A DNA stretch of 64,000 bases from a virus. Position 1 is the stretch's first letter, and every line of letters begins with the position of its first letter. The notes beneath the pieces are model-generated. The model saw only the letters and a program-made list of their open reading frames with translations. It was not told the origin of the DNA and searched no databases. The position numbers and the translations under genes are program-made. Positions 28,502-38,249 of the stretch are shown one piece after another. The stretch lies in IMG/VR virus record IMGVR_UViG_3300045988_052780, one strand, 5' to 3'.

Positions 28502-29281
28502 TTAGAAGTTTAATATGTTTCTTAGTAATAGAGTCTTCTCTGCTCTATTCATCAAATCTTTGCCCTTGTCATTACTAATTAACTGAGTAAATGCATTATA
28601 CACAGTAAACATATCCACCTCATTACCCTCTCCTATATAATAGCTAGAATCAGGGTCTTCAAACATAGAACCATAAGCCTTAACAACAAGGTCTGTTCCT
28701 ATCTTTACGTCTCCATACCCACCATTATAGGTCATAGATATAGCGTTTCTAACCCATCTACCTAGATTAGAGTCTATATTACTTGGAGTTCCTTCCCATG
28801 TAGTATTATGTAAGGTGTCCAACATCAATTTAATATCACTGGTTTGTGATAAAAGGTGTTCAACAGCTTTATAATTGATGGGCTTCTCAGACTCTAAGTT
28901 CTGAACTTGCAAGAACTCTGGGTCAAAGACACATAAGTTTGTACATGCTCTATTAAGAGCGCCTCTATAAATCTTAGCTACTGGTTTACGGACATCTAAT
29001 CCATATACCATACCAATAACTTCATCGTGATTATCTATTCTGCAATTCTCTGGCATTACAGCTTGAATAAGTACACGATTATAAGTGATATCATCTGCAT
29101 TAACCTCTCCATCTGCTGTTCTAGTAACTTGCTTAGGAAGTTCTGCTTCCACTATAAAGTTACTAGTAAACTTATACATTCTTTCTAGAAAGGGTTCTAC
29201 ATAAGCAGCCGTAGGGAAGTAATTACGCTTCCCTATTCTGGTTGCTTTACCATTTAACAGTTGATCAATCGTCAGTTGCAT
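28502..29281 (-). CDS. hypothetical protein
   Basis: 259 aa ORF. Confidence 0.4.
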   Translation of the reverse strand: MQLTIDQLLNGKATRIGKRNYFPTAAYVEPFLERMYKFTSNFIVEAELPKQVTRTADGEVNADDITYNRVLIQAVMPENCRIDNHDEVIGMVYGLDVRKPVAKIYRGALNRACTNLCVFDPEFLQVQNLESEKPINYKAVEHLLSQTSDIKLMLDTLHNTTWEGTPSNIDSNLGRWVRNAISMTYNGGYGDVKIGTDLVVKAYGSMFEDPDSSYYIGEGNEVDMFTVYNAFTQLISNDKGKDLMNRAEKTLLLRNILNF

Positions 29282-29934
29282 TATACACAGTACAATATCG
29301 GCTTTGGTAATTCTAGTAATCTAGCAGCATAATATACAGCTCTTAATGGATTCGCATTGTTGCCATCAAAAGGCATAGTATTATAATTAAAATAACCAAC
29401 GCCACATTTCTTAGCAATTGTATATAGTCTTACTAACAACTTAGTAGATTGCTTTTCTATTGGCTCGATATCCTTTAACAAAAGCTGATTTATCAAATAC
29501 TTTAGGGCTTCCGTGCAAGTAGCTCTGGTATCACCACCGCTAAATGTATGATTGTCTATCATAATTGCTCGCACAGTAACTCCACAAAATGCATCCTCAG
29601 CATACTTTACTTCACCACTCATCATTTCAATAGGAGTTCCCACCAATCCCTGTACAGGATGGACAGGTTTCTCTACATCTCTGTCATTAATGGTTATCTT
29701 ACTAGAATCTAGTTGCTTTGAGGCTTTAGAAATCATACTATCTTTAACAATAGTAGGAAAATCATCTATGTTAGTTTGGCCAGTTACTCTAAATCCAACA
29801 GCTGGCAAATTACTCATAAGATTATCCTCGGCTCGTTGAAAGTCTAGTTTACTTTGTTCTAACGCCTTAAAAGCATTTACATAGTCATCACAATTAGCTC
29901 TAAGAGCTATTACATCATCAATAGTTAAAGTCAT
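29281..29934 (-). CDS. hypothetical protein
   Basis: 217 aa ORF. Confidence 0.4.
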   Translation of the reverse strand: MTLTIDDVIALRANCDDYVNAFKALEQSKLDFQRAEDNLMSNLPAVGFRVTGQTNIDDFPTIVKDSMISKASKQLDSSKITINDRDVEKPVHPVQGLVGTPIEMMSGEVKYAEDAFCGVTVRAIMIDNHTFSGGDTRATCTEALKYLINQLLLKDIEPIEKQSTKLLVRLYTIAKKCGVGYFNYNTMPFDGNNANPLRAVYYAARLLELPKPILYCV

Positions 29935-29942
29935 TGTTTACA

Positions 29943-31505
29943 TTATTGTAAGATAATTCGTCCATCTAACGTGTTCTTACCATCTACAATACTATAATCA
30001 CAGGATGCAAGAGTATTACCGAAGTTCTTGTGTATCCACTCAGAACTTCCAAATAATGAGCCTACAGACTTATAAGTAAATCTTCTACCATAGGTAGTAG
30101 CGGACTGATGCAAGTCTCCTTTTACAAAGACTACATTACCGGAGATTCCCCTATTATCTAGATACTCATTAATAAAATTCTCAGTCTTTACATCTAAGGT
30201 TAGCGGTAAATTCTTGAACATATCCTTGTTATCTTTACCATGACACATTACATAAGTAACGTCACCAAGTTTGAACTCTCCGATAAATTTATCAAATACT
30301 TGACACTTAATATCGAACTGTTCAAGTATAGCAGCCAATGCTATATTAGCAGCATATCCAAAATCACCGTCATGGTTGGATTCCCCAACGCAGTAATAAT
30401 ATAAATTGGAATGCTTAATCTCTTCCTGTATAGACTTAATAAAACTAGTCATTAGTTTTATATAAGTATGCAGTTGTTCCTTATTGCTCATATTTTGAGC
30501 TAGGTCATGTCCACCTCTAGTAGTCTGGCCATTATATCCATCTAGAGAGTCTCCAAGATTACAGATAACAATATTCTCAAATCCTCCACCTATATGATAG
30601 GCTTCTGTATATACTCTTTTAAGAATCATATCAAATCTTCTCTTCATCTCTTCCTCATTATAAGGATTTTGATAAATAGATTGTGGAGATACAGCTGCTC
30701 CAGTATGAATATCAGATAGCCAAATGATTAAGTCTTTACCATTGGTTATCATAGGTGCTTTGCCCCAATCATACAAATTATTAATGTCTAAACCTTCTAG
30801 AATATGTTTACCATCTTCAATCTTAGACTTTAATTCTGCATTCTCTAATGCATATTTCTTTAATAAGGATTCATTCTGTTTTATCCTTTGAGTTTCTATG
30901 CCTCTAAGAAAGTCATTCTCCTTCTCTCTTAGTTGCATAACTTGAAGCTGTTCAGGAGTATTCTCCTCTATGATATGAGGAGCAAATGGAGCTGAAGCCT
31001 TAGTAATATTAAACACTCTCAGAATCTTCTTGAAATCTTCCAATGAATATTCTGGGAAGCTACGGCTAACTTCTCTTTGCGTGATAGAAGAGCCATAATA
31101 TGAATACAATCTATAAATCATATTCATTTCATCACGTGTAAGTCTTCCGGCTAAAGGAGCTTTATCACGCAAAGGCACAGTAAATTCATAGGCAATAATC
31201 CTACCTTCTGTGTCTCTTATATACTGAATGGTTCCAGTACTAGTCTTTTCAGAGGTATTCTTGGCTTTGGATTTAGTAGTTCCAACATAACCTCGTTCTT
31301 TAATCTGTTTAAACAAATCCATGACAGTAGAATACTGTTCATTAGATACTTTGTTAGCCTCATAGTCAAACTCCAGTTGCTTACGCTTATTGCAGAAATA
31401 ATTCTGAGGAAGACCTGTCTTCTCAGCATAAGCATTCATACTGACGTTATCTTTAATTACGTTATGTAAGTGACTGATCAATTTGACTAGAGTTTCGTTT
31501 CTCAT
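29943..31505 (-). CDS. two-domain protein: N-terminal HTH-like region plus C-terminal calcineurin-like phosphoesterase-like domain
   Basis: C-terminal half has LGDSLDGYNG, GESNHDGDF, KGDLHQ, a weak MPP pattern. 520 aa. Confidence 0.35.
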   Translation of the reverse strand: MRNETLVKLISHLHNVIKDNVSMNAYAEKTGLPQNYFCNKRKQLEFDYEANKVSNEQYSTVMDLFKQIKERGYVGTTKSKAKNTSEKTSTGTIQYIRDTEGRIIAYEFTVPLRDKAPLAGRLTRDEMNMIYRLYSYYGSSITQREVSRSFPEYSLEDFKKILRVFNITKASAPFAPHIIEENTPEQLQVMQLREKENDFLRGIETQRIKQNESLLKKYALENAELKSKIEDGKHILEGLDINNLYDWGKAPMITNGKDLIIWLSDIHTGAAVSPQSIYQNPYNEEEMKRRFDMILKRVYTEAYHIGGGFENIVICNLGDSLDGYNGQTTRGGHDLAQNMSNKEQLHTYIKLMTSFIKSIQEEIKHSNLYYYCVGESNHDGDFGYAANIALAAILEQFDIKCQVFDKFIGEFKLGDVTYVMCHGKDNKDMFKNLPLTLDVKTENFINEYLDNRGISGNVVFVKGDLHQSATTYGRRFTYKSVGSLFGSSEWIHKNFGNTLASCDYSIVDGKNTLDGRIILQ

Positions 31506-31565
31506 ATTACTGATGTAAATTAGATAGCCTTTCGGCCTTAATATAAAATTTCTAATCTCTTTGTT

Positions 31566-31622
31566 ACTAAGTATCTATAAAGAATAAGGGGACTACCTTA
31601 TTAAACATAAGATAATCCCCTT
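31566..31622 (-). terminator. candidate rho-independent terminator after the 185 aa gene
   Basis: Inverted repeat AAGGGGA...TCCCCTT (31586..31622) with an internal CTTAT/ATAAG stem. On the transcribed strand it is followed by AUUCUUUAU. Confidence 0.35.
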
Positions 31623-31650
31623 GATATTTAAGGTCAATAGAAGTTATAAC

Positions 31651-32208
31651 TTATCCTTCAACCCCAAAGCAGATATATGTACCCATCTTAGCTGACTTAG
31701 ACGGAGTGTACTTAACTTCAAAAGCACCATCCTCACCTTCAACTACTGCCTTAATATACTTGCAATATACGTCACCAGTGTAGTCTTTCTTAGTGTACAG
31801 CTCCTTAGCTACTTCTTTAGCCTTAGTCTTAGTCTCGAAATTGATAAACAGTACTTCACCAGTTGCAGGATTAATACCTTGATAACCAGTCTTATACTTT
31901 CTCTTACCCTTCTCATTCTTAATGTCAATCATAGTGTACGGACGCTCGCGAGTGTCAGCAGAACCTGCCTCAAACGTAATGGAACATCCAACACCAGCAG
32001 CCATCTTAGTATGTTTAGTAAGATATTCAGCGCAGAATTCCTTCAATGCTTTGTCAGTGATGGGCTTACCGGCAGCTTTCCATGCCTGAGTAGCATCACG
32101 AATTACTTGGAATGGGGCTTGTGCAACTGCTTCTTGTTTAGTGTAACCTTTAACTTCTACTTTCTTAAAATTTACTTGATTAGTCATAATTAATTGAGTT
32201 TTAAACAT
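31651..32208 (-). CDS. hypothetical Lys-rich protein, probably highly expressed
   Basis: 185 aa. Locally GC-richer codon usage, a 200 nt leader with duplicated promoter-like repeats, and a terminator candidate downstream. Confidence 0.5.
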   Translation of the reverse strand: MFKTQLIMTNQVNFKKVEVKGYTKQEAVAQAPFQVIRDATQAWKAAGKPITDKALKEFCAEYLTKHTKMAAGVGCSITFEAGSADTRERPYTMIDIKNEKGKRKYKTGYQGINPATGEVLFINFETKTKAKEVAKELYTKKDYTGDVYCKYIKAVVEGEDGAFEVKYTPSKSAKMGTYICFGVEG

Positions 32209-32244
32209 TATTCCATTGAGTGTAATCTCTTTGTTATTGTATTA

Positions 32245-32360
32245 CAAAGGTACTGCTTTAATATTGGATTACCAAGCAATACTGATGTAAAATAATCTTA
32301 ATGTTGTATTCTCAATCTGACCTCTTCTTTCATGGAGGATGCTGCAAAGGTACTACTTTA
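32245..32360 (-). promoter_or_regulatory. tandem promoter candidates: 16 nt direct repeat CAAAGGTACTRCTTTA at 32245..32260 and 32345..32360, containing a Bacteroidetes-type -7 box TACCTTTG on the coding strand
   Basis: Two copies exactly 100 nt apart, upstream of the 31651..32208 start. The reverse complement reads TAAAG(C/T)AGTACCTTTG, matching TAnnTTTG. Confidence 0.4.
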
Positions 32361-32407
32361 TCTCCAATTGGACAAGTAATGACTAATAAATAATACGATA
32401 AATTATT

Positions 32408-32629
32408 TTAACTATTATCATTAGGTGGAAAGCAAAATGTATTATTGCACATTCCACGCCATGTAGCTTCACTCTCTTCATAGAATTTATCTATTATGCC
32501 ATTCTCATCATTAGCGATTATCCCAGTAGCCCATAACAGTTGATTAAATCTCATGTCTGGATACTTGTCTATTAAATCGGATAGCTTACTAAGAATAGCC
32601 TTGTTGTTTACATATCTAGTGTTATTCAT
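32408..32629 (-). CDS. hypothetical small protein
   Basis: 73 aa ORF. Confidence 0.3.
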   Translation of the reverse strand: MNNTRYVNNKAILSKLSDLIDKYPDMRFNQLLWATGIIANDENGIIDKFYEESEATWRGMCNNTFCFPPNDNS

Positions 32630-32634
32630 ACACT

Positions 32635-33027
32635 TTAAAATGGTAAATCTGGAGTTGAATCTTCCCAGGGTAATTCTTTATCAAGAATCTCATTGATTTT
32701 ATCAACCATTTCCTTAGAAGACTTCATATCGAATGTAAGGAACTCTGTGGTATTTCTCATGAAATCGTCGCAGATAACTGCAAGACCTTTAAGAATCCTT
32801 TCAGAGTTATGAGACTCTTTGCCCTTACGAACTTTCTGAATTACTTGCCAGGTAGTAGCATTAGGAGTCTTATTTCTGGCTTGCTTAGTAAGGAAGCATA
32901 TTAGTGAGATTAAGGCAAACTTAGTTCCTATATCACAAGCTAAACACCCCAAACTGAAGTAATCCTTATAATACTCCCTTAAGTCATTCAGAGTTGGTTC
33001 ATAGTATTCCATCAGCATCGTATCCAT
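32635..33027 (-). CDS. hypothetical protein
   Basis: 130 aa ORF. Confidence 0.35.
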   Translation of the reverse strand: MDTMLMEYYEPTLNDLREYYKDYFSLGCLACDIGTKFALISLICFLTKQARNKTPNATTWQVIQKVRKGKESHNSERILKGLAVICDDFMRNTTEFLTFDMKSSKEMVDKINEILDKELPWEDSTPDLPF

Positions 33028-34036
33028 ACAATTCGTAGTATGCTACCATACGTAACAACTTAGTAAACTCTAAGAATCCTTCTTTCATATGGCCATTAGT
33101 AACTGGGTATACTCCAGACCTGAAATCAGGAACTGTAGATACTACCAGCATATTAGCCTTTAAAGAAGGTTTGACCTTATATGTGTTCTCAATATACAGT
33201 TTAAGCATCCACATATACATAGCCATTTGTCTAGCATAATGATACTTATCAAAACTCTCGCCAAACTTAGTAAGATAATGCCCACTTGTCTTTAAGTCAT
33301 TGAGTGTTAACTCATCGCTATCAGGACAGTATGTGAAATTATCAAGTTTAGCTTTAAGTTTTAATACTTTATTCTTGCCACCATGTTCTACTAACACAGA
33401 CATTAATAAGGCTGCTTCATTAGCTATAACAGGTTCTGCAAATAAACCTTCTGGTTTTAGTAATGACTGTATTTGCTTATTGCATTCAACTGATGTGAGA
33501 CATTCTCGTAGCTTGTCTCTAGACTTGGGATCTAAATAAATAGGAACCTTATCGGCAACATATTTACTTCCCCATTCATAGGCTGTACGCTGAGCATAGT
33601 AGTCTTCGCATTTAACACGTAGAGCTTCCATCTTATCAGCATCCATTTTACCCTTATAATAGCTAATTTTATTTGATGCTGCTATAATTTCGTCAGCAGT
33701 AACAACATGATTAGCTACAAATGTAAGATATAATTCATCCGCCATGAATCCAGCTTTAGCTGTAGGTCTATTAACTGTTTCTACAAGAATAAATGATTCT
33801 GGTTGCAGTATTAATTCATGCACTGCTGAACCAAAATACAGTGAGTCAGAATACCTAGAGTCCGCTTCTAAACCAGCTTTATACAAAGCAGGACTTCCAC
33901 CCTGCTCTGGATTTATTAGCTTCAATCTAGAGTTACTGATGTAATCAGAATAAGCATCCCCGAAGTATTCTTCATCACTTATGTCTAAATATTCTATGGT
34001 TTCAATTAGTGGTGTTATTTTAATTTCCTCAAGCAT
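32999..34036 (-). CDS. hypothetical protein (possible nuclease, not supported by motif)
   Basis: 345 aa ORF. Confidence 0.4.
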   Translation of the reverse strand: MLEEIKITPLIETIEYLDISDEEYFGDAYSDYISNSRLKLINPEQGGSPALYKAGLEADSRYSDSLYFGSAVHELILQPESFILVETVNRPTAKAGFMADELYLTFVANHVVTADEIIAASNKISYYKGKMDADKMEALRVKCEDYYAQRTAYEWGSKYVADKVPIYLDPKSRDKLRECLTSVECNKQIQSLLKPEGLFAEPVIANEAALLMSVLVEHGGKNKVLKLKAKLDNFTYCPDSDELTLNDLKTSGHYLTKFGESFDKYHYARQMAMYMWMLKLYIENTYKVKPSLKANMLVVSTVPDFRSGVYPVTNGHMKEGFLEFTKLLRMVAYYELYGYDADGIL

Positions 34037-34532
34037 ATTGCTTCATAAATAGATAAGCATCGATTATCTCAGTTCTATTTAGTGAGAATACCTTGAACAT
34101 AGGGAAGTCAACAGTTCTGTCTGTATGATACAGTAGTGCTGGCACCCCAGAACGTTGACATTTGATTACATTACTTAAAGAATCATCAATAAAGACATCC
34201 ACTTTACCTTTAATCATATCAGCTTTGTTACCATGCTGGTATACCATTTGATAAATTGGTCTGTCAGGAAATCCATTCCTCCTGAGCCATTCTCTAGTCC
34301 ATGCCTTATTATTGACTCTCTTAGTACAATACAGCTCTGGAATAAAGTCAGGTCTATTAATAACTGGGAGATTTAACCAGAAATCTCTCTCCTTACTAAG
34401 GATCTGTTGTACATTCCTAGTAATTATATGGTCTTTAAGCATGTGAGGATTATTAGCTGTATCAAAACGCTCACAATAAGCATCCCAAAACCCAGCCAAA
34501 CAATCATCTATATCTAATCCTATTCTGAACAT
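34029..34532 (-). CDS. HAD-family 5'(3')-deoxyribonucleotidase-like protein
   Basis: N-terminal GLDIDDCLAGF is HAD motif I (DxDx[T/V/C]) in the NT5C/T5 Dmp arrangement. 167 aa. Confidence 0.5.
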   Translation of the reverse strand: MFRIGLDIDDCLAGFWDAYCERFDTANNPHMLKDHIITRNVQQILSKERDFWLNLPVINRPDFIPELYCTKRVNNKAWTREWLRRNGFPDRPIYQMVYQHGNKADMIKGKVDVFIDDSLSNVIKCQRSGVPALLYHTDRTVDFPMFKVFSLNRTEIIDAYLFMKQYA

Positions 34533-34554
34533 TCAATAGCATCTTGTTATGATT

Positions 34555-34776
34555 CTAGAATTCTTCTATATCATAGATGTCACCAATAATTATCTCTCTG
34601 TCTCTTGACATGATTACCCCTAGTTCTTCATAATCTCCAGGTAGATCAATATCATAATCTTCAACGAACAAGTTTATGAACTTGTCTTCAGCTTCTGTGA
34701 AGCTTCTAGCTCTCACTTTCTCTAACCACAAGTCTCCATTATTAAGACCATAACATGGTAGAATGTAAGTACTCAT
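34555..34776 (-). CDS. hypothetical small acidic protein
   Basis: 73 aa ORF. Confidence 0.3.
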   Translation of the reverse strand: MSTYILPCYGLNNGDLWLEKVRARSFTEAEDKFINLFVEDYDIDLPGDYEELGVIMSRDREIIIGDIYDIEEF

Positions 34777-34885
34777 TTATTTAGTTTAAAATTTTAAGGC
34801 AATATAGAACTTCATAAGACAAATCAAAGCCGTAGGTAAGTCTTACTTCAGTTAAAGTGTCTTCATAAATTTCAACCATCTCTTA

Positions 34886-35275
34886 CTAAGACTTCTTAAT
34901 AAGTTCGTAAAAGAAATCTTTACTCATCATAACGTATTCTCCATCAGAGCCCATATTCACACCTTTATCAACTTGTTTATTCCAGACTATTACTAATGGT
35001 CTGTCTTTACGTCCACAAGTTTTGATGATTTCAGCAATAGATGGAGTATTCTTAGTACATTTGCATTGAACATAACAAGGTAATTTGTCCTCGGTTTCTG
35101 CAATATCAATCTTAGCATCATCCAAATTCTTAGATTCACTACGAGACGATTTCAATCCTTTATAACCGAGTTCAATTAATTCCTTAATAATTTTAAGTTC
35201 ATAATTATTACCCTTACGTTTAGCATAAGCACCGTTACGTTTCTTCTTTGGTTTTACTTCTTCAGTACCTTCCAT
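34886..35275 (-). CDS. Hjc-like Holliday junction resolvase / PD-(D/E)xK nuclease (putative)
   Basis: KRKGNNYELKIIKELIELGY...SSRS...DAKIDIAE...QCKC parallels the archaeal Hjc pattern KRKGSxxERELvxxL..GF...R..SG...DiiA..E.K. Confidence 0.4.
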   Translation of the reverse strand: MEGTEEVKPKKKRNGAYAKRKGNNYELKIIKELIELGYKGLKSSRSESKNLDDAKIDIAETEDKLPCYVQCKCTKNTPSIAEIIKTCGRKDRPLVIVWNKQVDKGVNMGSDGEYVMMSKDFFYELIKKS

Positions 35276-36255
35276 GCTTCGTTAATTAAGTTAAGTGTTG
35301 CATCTCTACCATATTTAGCATGAAAGTCGGATATATCCTTAGCTCCATAAGATCTAGGAATCCATAGGCATTCTACTCCAAATTGCTTCCTTATCCGATT
35401 CATATTATGAATTCCAGCTAAGTCATTGTCATAGAACACTACTATCTTCTTAAATCTCTTGCTGAGTTTCTCAAACTGAGATTCAGTTATGAATAGATTC
35501 TCAGAATTAGGAGCTATTGCAGTAATCCCTAAAGAATATAAGCACATTACATCCTTCATACTTTTAGTAATTACTAACAAATTACCTTCTGCTGGGAGTT
35601 GATGAGCTCCTTGCAACATGATAGCCTTCCAATTAGAAAGGAATCTTGTAGTTCCTTTGTCCCTAAATGGAAAGTATATACGCCATAACTCAATGCCTTT
35701 ATCGTTTTTACCTCGATAATAGCCGAATATGGGGTTCTGAGAACCAGTAGTAGCATAATAATTCCCATTCAGGAATACAGTTTTACATGAGTACACTCTA
35801 AATTTCTTTAGAATATCCTTAGTAATTCCATATCTATGCCACCATTCCAGCTCTTTATCAGTGAATTCCTGTATTTCAGCCCGTATAACAGCAGGTCCCT
35901 TGTCTTTAAACTCAGTACTACTAATTACTGGCTTACTACCTTTAGGCAACGTCTTGTGTTTGATATAACCAAAATCATTAGCAATGATTTGTAAAGCCTT
36001 ATAATAAGAGCAGCTATACTTATACATTACTACACTGATAAAATTGCCATAAAATTGTCCACTGAAATCATTGAAGATGATATCCCCAGACGCATTCCTA
36101 TAAAAGGAACACGTAGGAGAGTTATCATTTCTCAACGGAGATTTAAACAGTCCCTTCTTTACTGGGATACCAAGATAATACTCAAGATATGTCTCCTGAG
36201 ATTGCCTTTCAAGTAAATACTTCTTAGTAATTTTAGGTTCATACTCTAATACCAT
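35254..36255 (-). CDS. DnaG-type TOPRIM primase
   Basis: TOPRIM elements LLVITKSMKD (conserved acidic) and VVFYDNDLAG (DxD). Cys/His cluster near the N-terminus (SPTCSFY). Confidence 0.5.
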   Translation of the reverse strand: MVLEYEPKITKKYLLERQSQETYLEYYLGIPVKKGLFKSPLRNDNSPTCSFYRNASGDIIFNDFSGQFYGNFISVVMYKYSCSYYKALQIIANDFGYIKHKTLPKGSKPVISSTEFKDKGPAVIRAEIQEFTDKELEWWHRYGITKDILKKFRVYSCKTVFLNGNYYATTGSQNPIFGYYRGKNDKGIELWRIYFPFRDKGTTRFLSNWKAIMLQGAHQLPAEGNLLVITKSMKDVMCLYSLGITAIAPNSENLFITESQFEKLSKRFKKIVVFYDNDLAGIHNMNRIRKQFGVECLWIPRSYGAKDISDFHAKYGRDATLNLINEAWKVLKK

Positions 36256-36302
36256 ATTGATTCGATACTTAATGTTAGAACCTTAAAGTTACTAATTATT
36301 TC

Positions 36303-36986
36303 TTATACATCAAAGTCAAGGTCTGAATTAGCTGATGCAGCGTCTCCTGCTACCCCAAAATCATCAGAACTTGTTCCCGGCATATCTGTAGGACCGTTAC
36401 TCTTCTGTTTATTCATCTGATTAGTTTCGTAATCAGAGAAGAAGACCTTATCACCCAACCAGTTATTAGAGATATAAGCATCACCTGCTTTACTAATATT
36501 AACGAAGTATGGCAAACAAGGTTCACCCTTCTTATTAGCAATCAGTTTCAGTTTAGTCTGCTTATTAACAGCGTCCTTGGTAATCTCAATAAAAGTCTTA
36601 GCTAGCTTCTCAAATTCATCGGGAAGCGCAAAGGTCATAGATTTAAACTTCTCATATTTCTTAGGAGATAGTTGTTCTCCAACATGAGCTAACATAAACT
36701 TAAACTTCTCCAAATTAGACGGATTCTCACGTTCTACCCCACCATTAGAGGTTACTGGTCTCACATCATCACCTTCTTTAGGACAGAATATAGTCTCTTC
36801 ATATACTCCATTCTCATTCTCAAACGAAATCTTCATGGTCTTCCAAGTAGTACTTGGGTCTTTCTTACCAGCGAATTCGCTATAAGTTACACCCTTAAAG
36901 AGTACAGTATGGATTTCCCAAGGTTTCAGTCTAGGTTTGATTGATGATGTACCGTTAGTGTTGGATAAGTTGAAATTCATTGACAT
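36303..36986 (-). CDS. candidate ssDNA-binding protein (T7 gp2.5-like size, acidic C-terminal tail)
   Basis: 227 aa with a strongly acidic tail ...SDLDFDV in a replication-gene context. No motif-level proof. Confidence 0.3.
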   Translation of the reverse strand: MSMNFNLSNTNGTSSIKPRLKPWEIHTVLFKGVTYSEFAGKKDPSTTWKTMKISFENENGVYEETIFCPKEGDDVRPVTSNGGVERENPSNLEKFKFMLAHVGEQLSPKKYEKFKSMTFALPDEFEKLAKTFIEITKDAVNKQTKLKLIANKKGEPCLPYFVNISKAGDAYISNNWLGDKVFFSDYETNQMNKQKSNGPTDMPGTSSDDFGVAGDAASANSDLDFDV

Positions 36987-37001
36987 AGTTCTAATAGAAT
37001 A

Positions 37002-37556
37002 TTAAAGTTCGAAAGTTAATGGGTCAATCTCTTTAGCTGACTCATCTTCAATCTCTGTGTCTAGTGGCAAATCTACATTGTCAAAATCTTCCTTAACTTC
37101 TATGTTATCTACTTCAGGTTCTATAGGTCTGTCAGCATTACCAACTAATACAAACAAATCATCATAGCCCTTCATTTTAGTTACTGTAAATGTATCTCCA
37201 TACTGTCTTAATAACTCATTGGATTTACCTCTACAGCTTACAGATAGACCTTTAGTAAGCTTATTACCACCTTTGGTACCAAAAGCTTCATCAGTACCAA
37301 TAATTGGGAATGTTACTCCTTCAATCTTCTGGTAATTAATACTAATTCTATCTCCCCAGGCAGCACCTATCATAGCAGCAGCTGCCTTATTAAGTATATA
37401 CTTATTGGAATCTAATGTTACTTGAGGTTCCGCTGTATCTTCAACCTCTACCGCAACCTTCTTGGTAGGTTCCTCCTTGACTATCTCCTGCTTCAGAGAT
37501 TTATATTCTCCAGTAGCAGGATCAAAGTCTAGGGTTAATAGCATTTTAACTATCAT
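37002..37556 (-). CDS. hypothetical protein with acidic C-terminal tail
   Basis: 184 aa. The last 40 aa are D/E-rich and end TFEL. Confidence 0.3.
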   Translation of the reverse strand: MIVKMLLTLDFDPATGEYKSLKQEIVKEEPTKKVAVEVEDTAEPQVTLDSNKYILNKAAAAMIGAAWGDRISINYQKIEGVTFPIIGTDEAFGTKGGNKLTKGLSVSCRGKSNELLRQYGDTFTVTKMKGYDDLFVLVGNADRPIEPEVDNIEVKEDFDNVDLPLDTEIEDESAKEIDPLTFEL

Positions 37557-38245
37557 TCTCCTAATTCAAACTTATTAATTGTATCAATAACCATCTTCAT
37601 ATTAGGTTCGATATATAAGTCAGAGAAACATCCAGCAGTACTTCTACAAGTATCAGGACCTAAGGATTTAGTTCTGAATTTATACGTAACTTCCTCATCA
37701 TTAACTATCTTCTCCGCATAGAGCAAATAATTAAACAGTCCATCAATATTAACACTTCTGTCCAACATCTTACCGGTGGTGAAGAGTTTGTATTTAGGAT
37801 CATAATCGTTACCATCATTCACAATATGTGATATGAAGATTACGATTAAATCGTCTCGAAGAGTCATTGCCTTAAGAATTAAGTCATAATAATGCTTTGC
37901 AAAGTCAATATGCTTATCATATCCTTTCTCGGCACTTCTAGACATTACTTCTTGAGAGAGAAGATAATTACTATCATCAATAGCTAAGACTTTAATCTCC
38001 GGCAGTTTAACATTAACTACGTTCATAATATTCATTACCTTAGCAAATTCATTACTAAAATACCAGTTACCAACGTAATTCTTGTCCTTATCCTGAGTTA
38101 ACTTCTTATAATTCTTTCTAAATCCTGGAATAGATAATTGTTTTGGAGTACAACTAATAATAAACGTTTCTTTAGGATTCAGATATTGCAGCGAACTAGA
38201 CTTACCACTACCTGAAAATCCTCCAAGTCCTATAATTTGGCTCAT
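37553..38245 (-). CDS. small RecA-core P-loop ATPase (Sak4-like candidate)
   Basis: Walker A GLGGFSGSGKSS at the N-terminus and a hydrophobic-DD stretch VLAIDDSNYLL. Its 230 aa size is typical of Sak4-type annealing ATPases, which sit next to an SSB. Confidence 0.35.
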   Translation of the reverse strand: MSQIIGLGGFSGSGKSSSLQYLNPKETFIISCTPKQLSIPGFRKNYKKLTQDKDKNYVGNWYFSNEFAKVMNIMNVVNVKLPEIKVLAIDDSNYLLSQEVMSRSAEKGYDKHIDFAKHYYDLILKAMTLRDDLIVIFISHIVNDGNDYDPKYKLFTTGKMLDRSVNIDGLFNYLLYAEKIVNDEEVTYKFRTKSLGPDTCRSTAGCFSDLYIEPNMKMVIDTINKFELGE

Positions 38246-38249
38246 TAAG

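Noticed and set aside
31217-31435. 72 aa minus-strand ORF nested out of frame inside the 520 aa gene (similar nested ORFs at 13194..13382, 16519..16713, 27533..27763, 27815..28003, 35574..35768 and 60369..60593)
   Set aside because: Each is fully contained in a longer, better-supported ORF on the same strand in another frame. No independent evidence.
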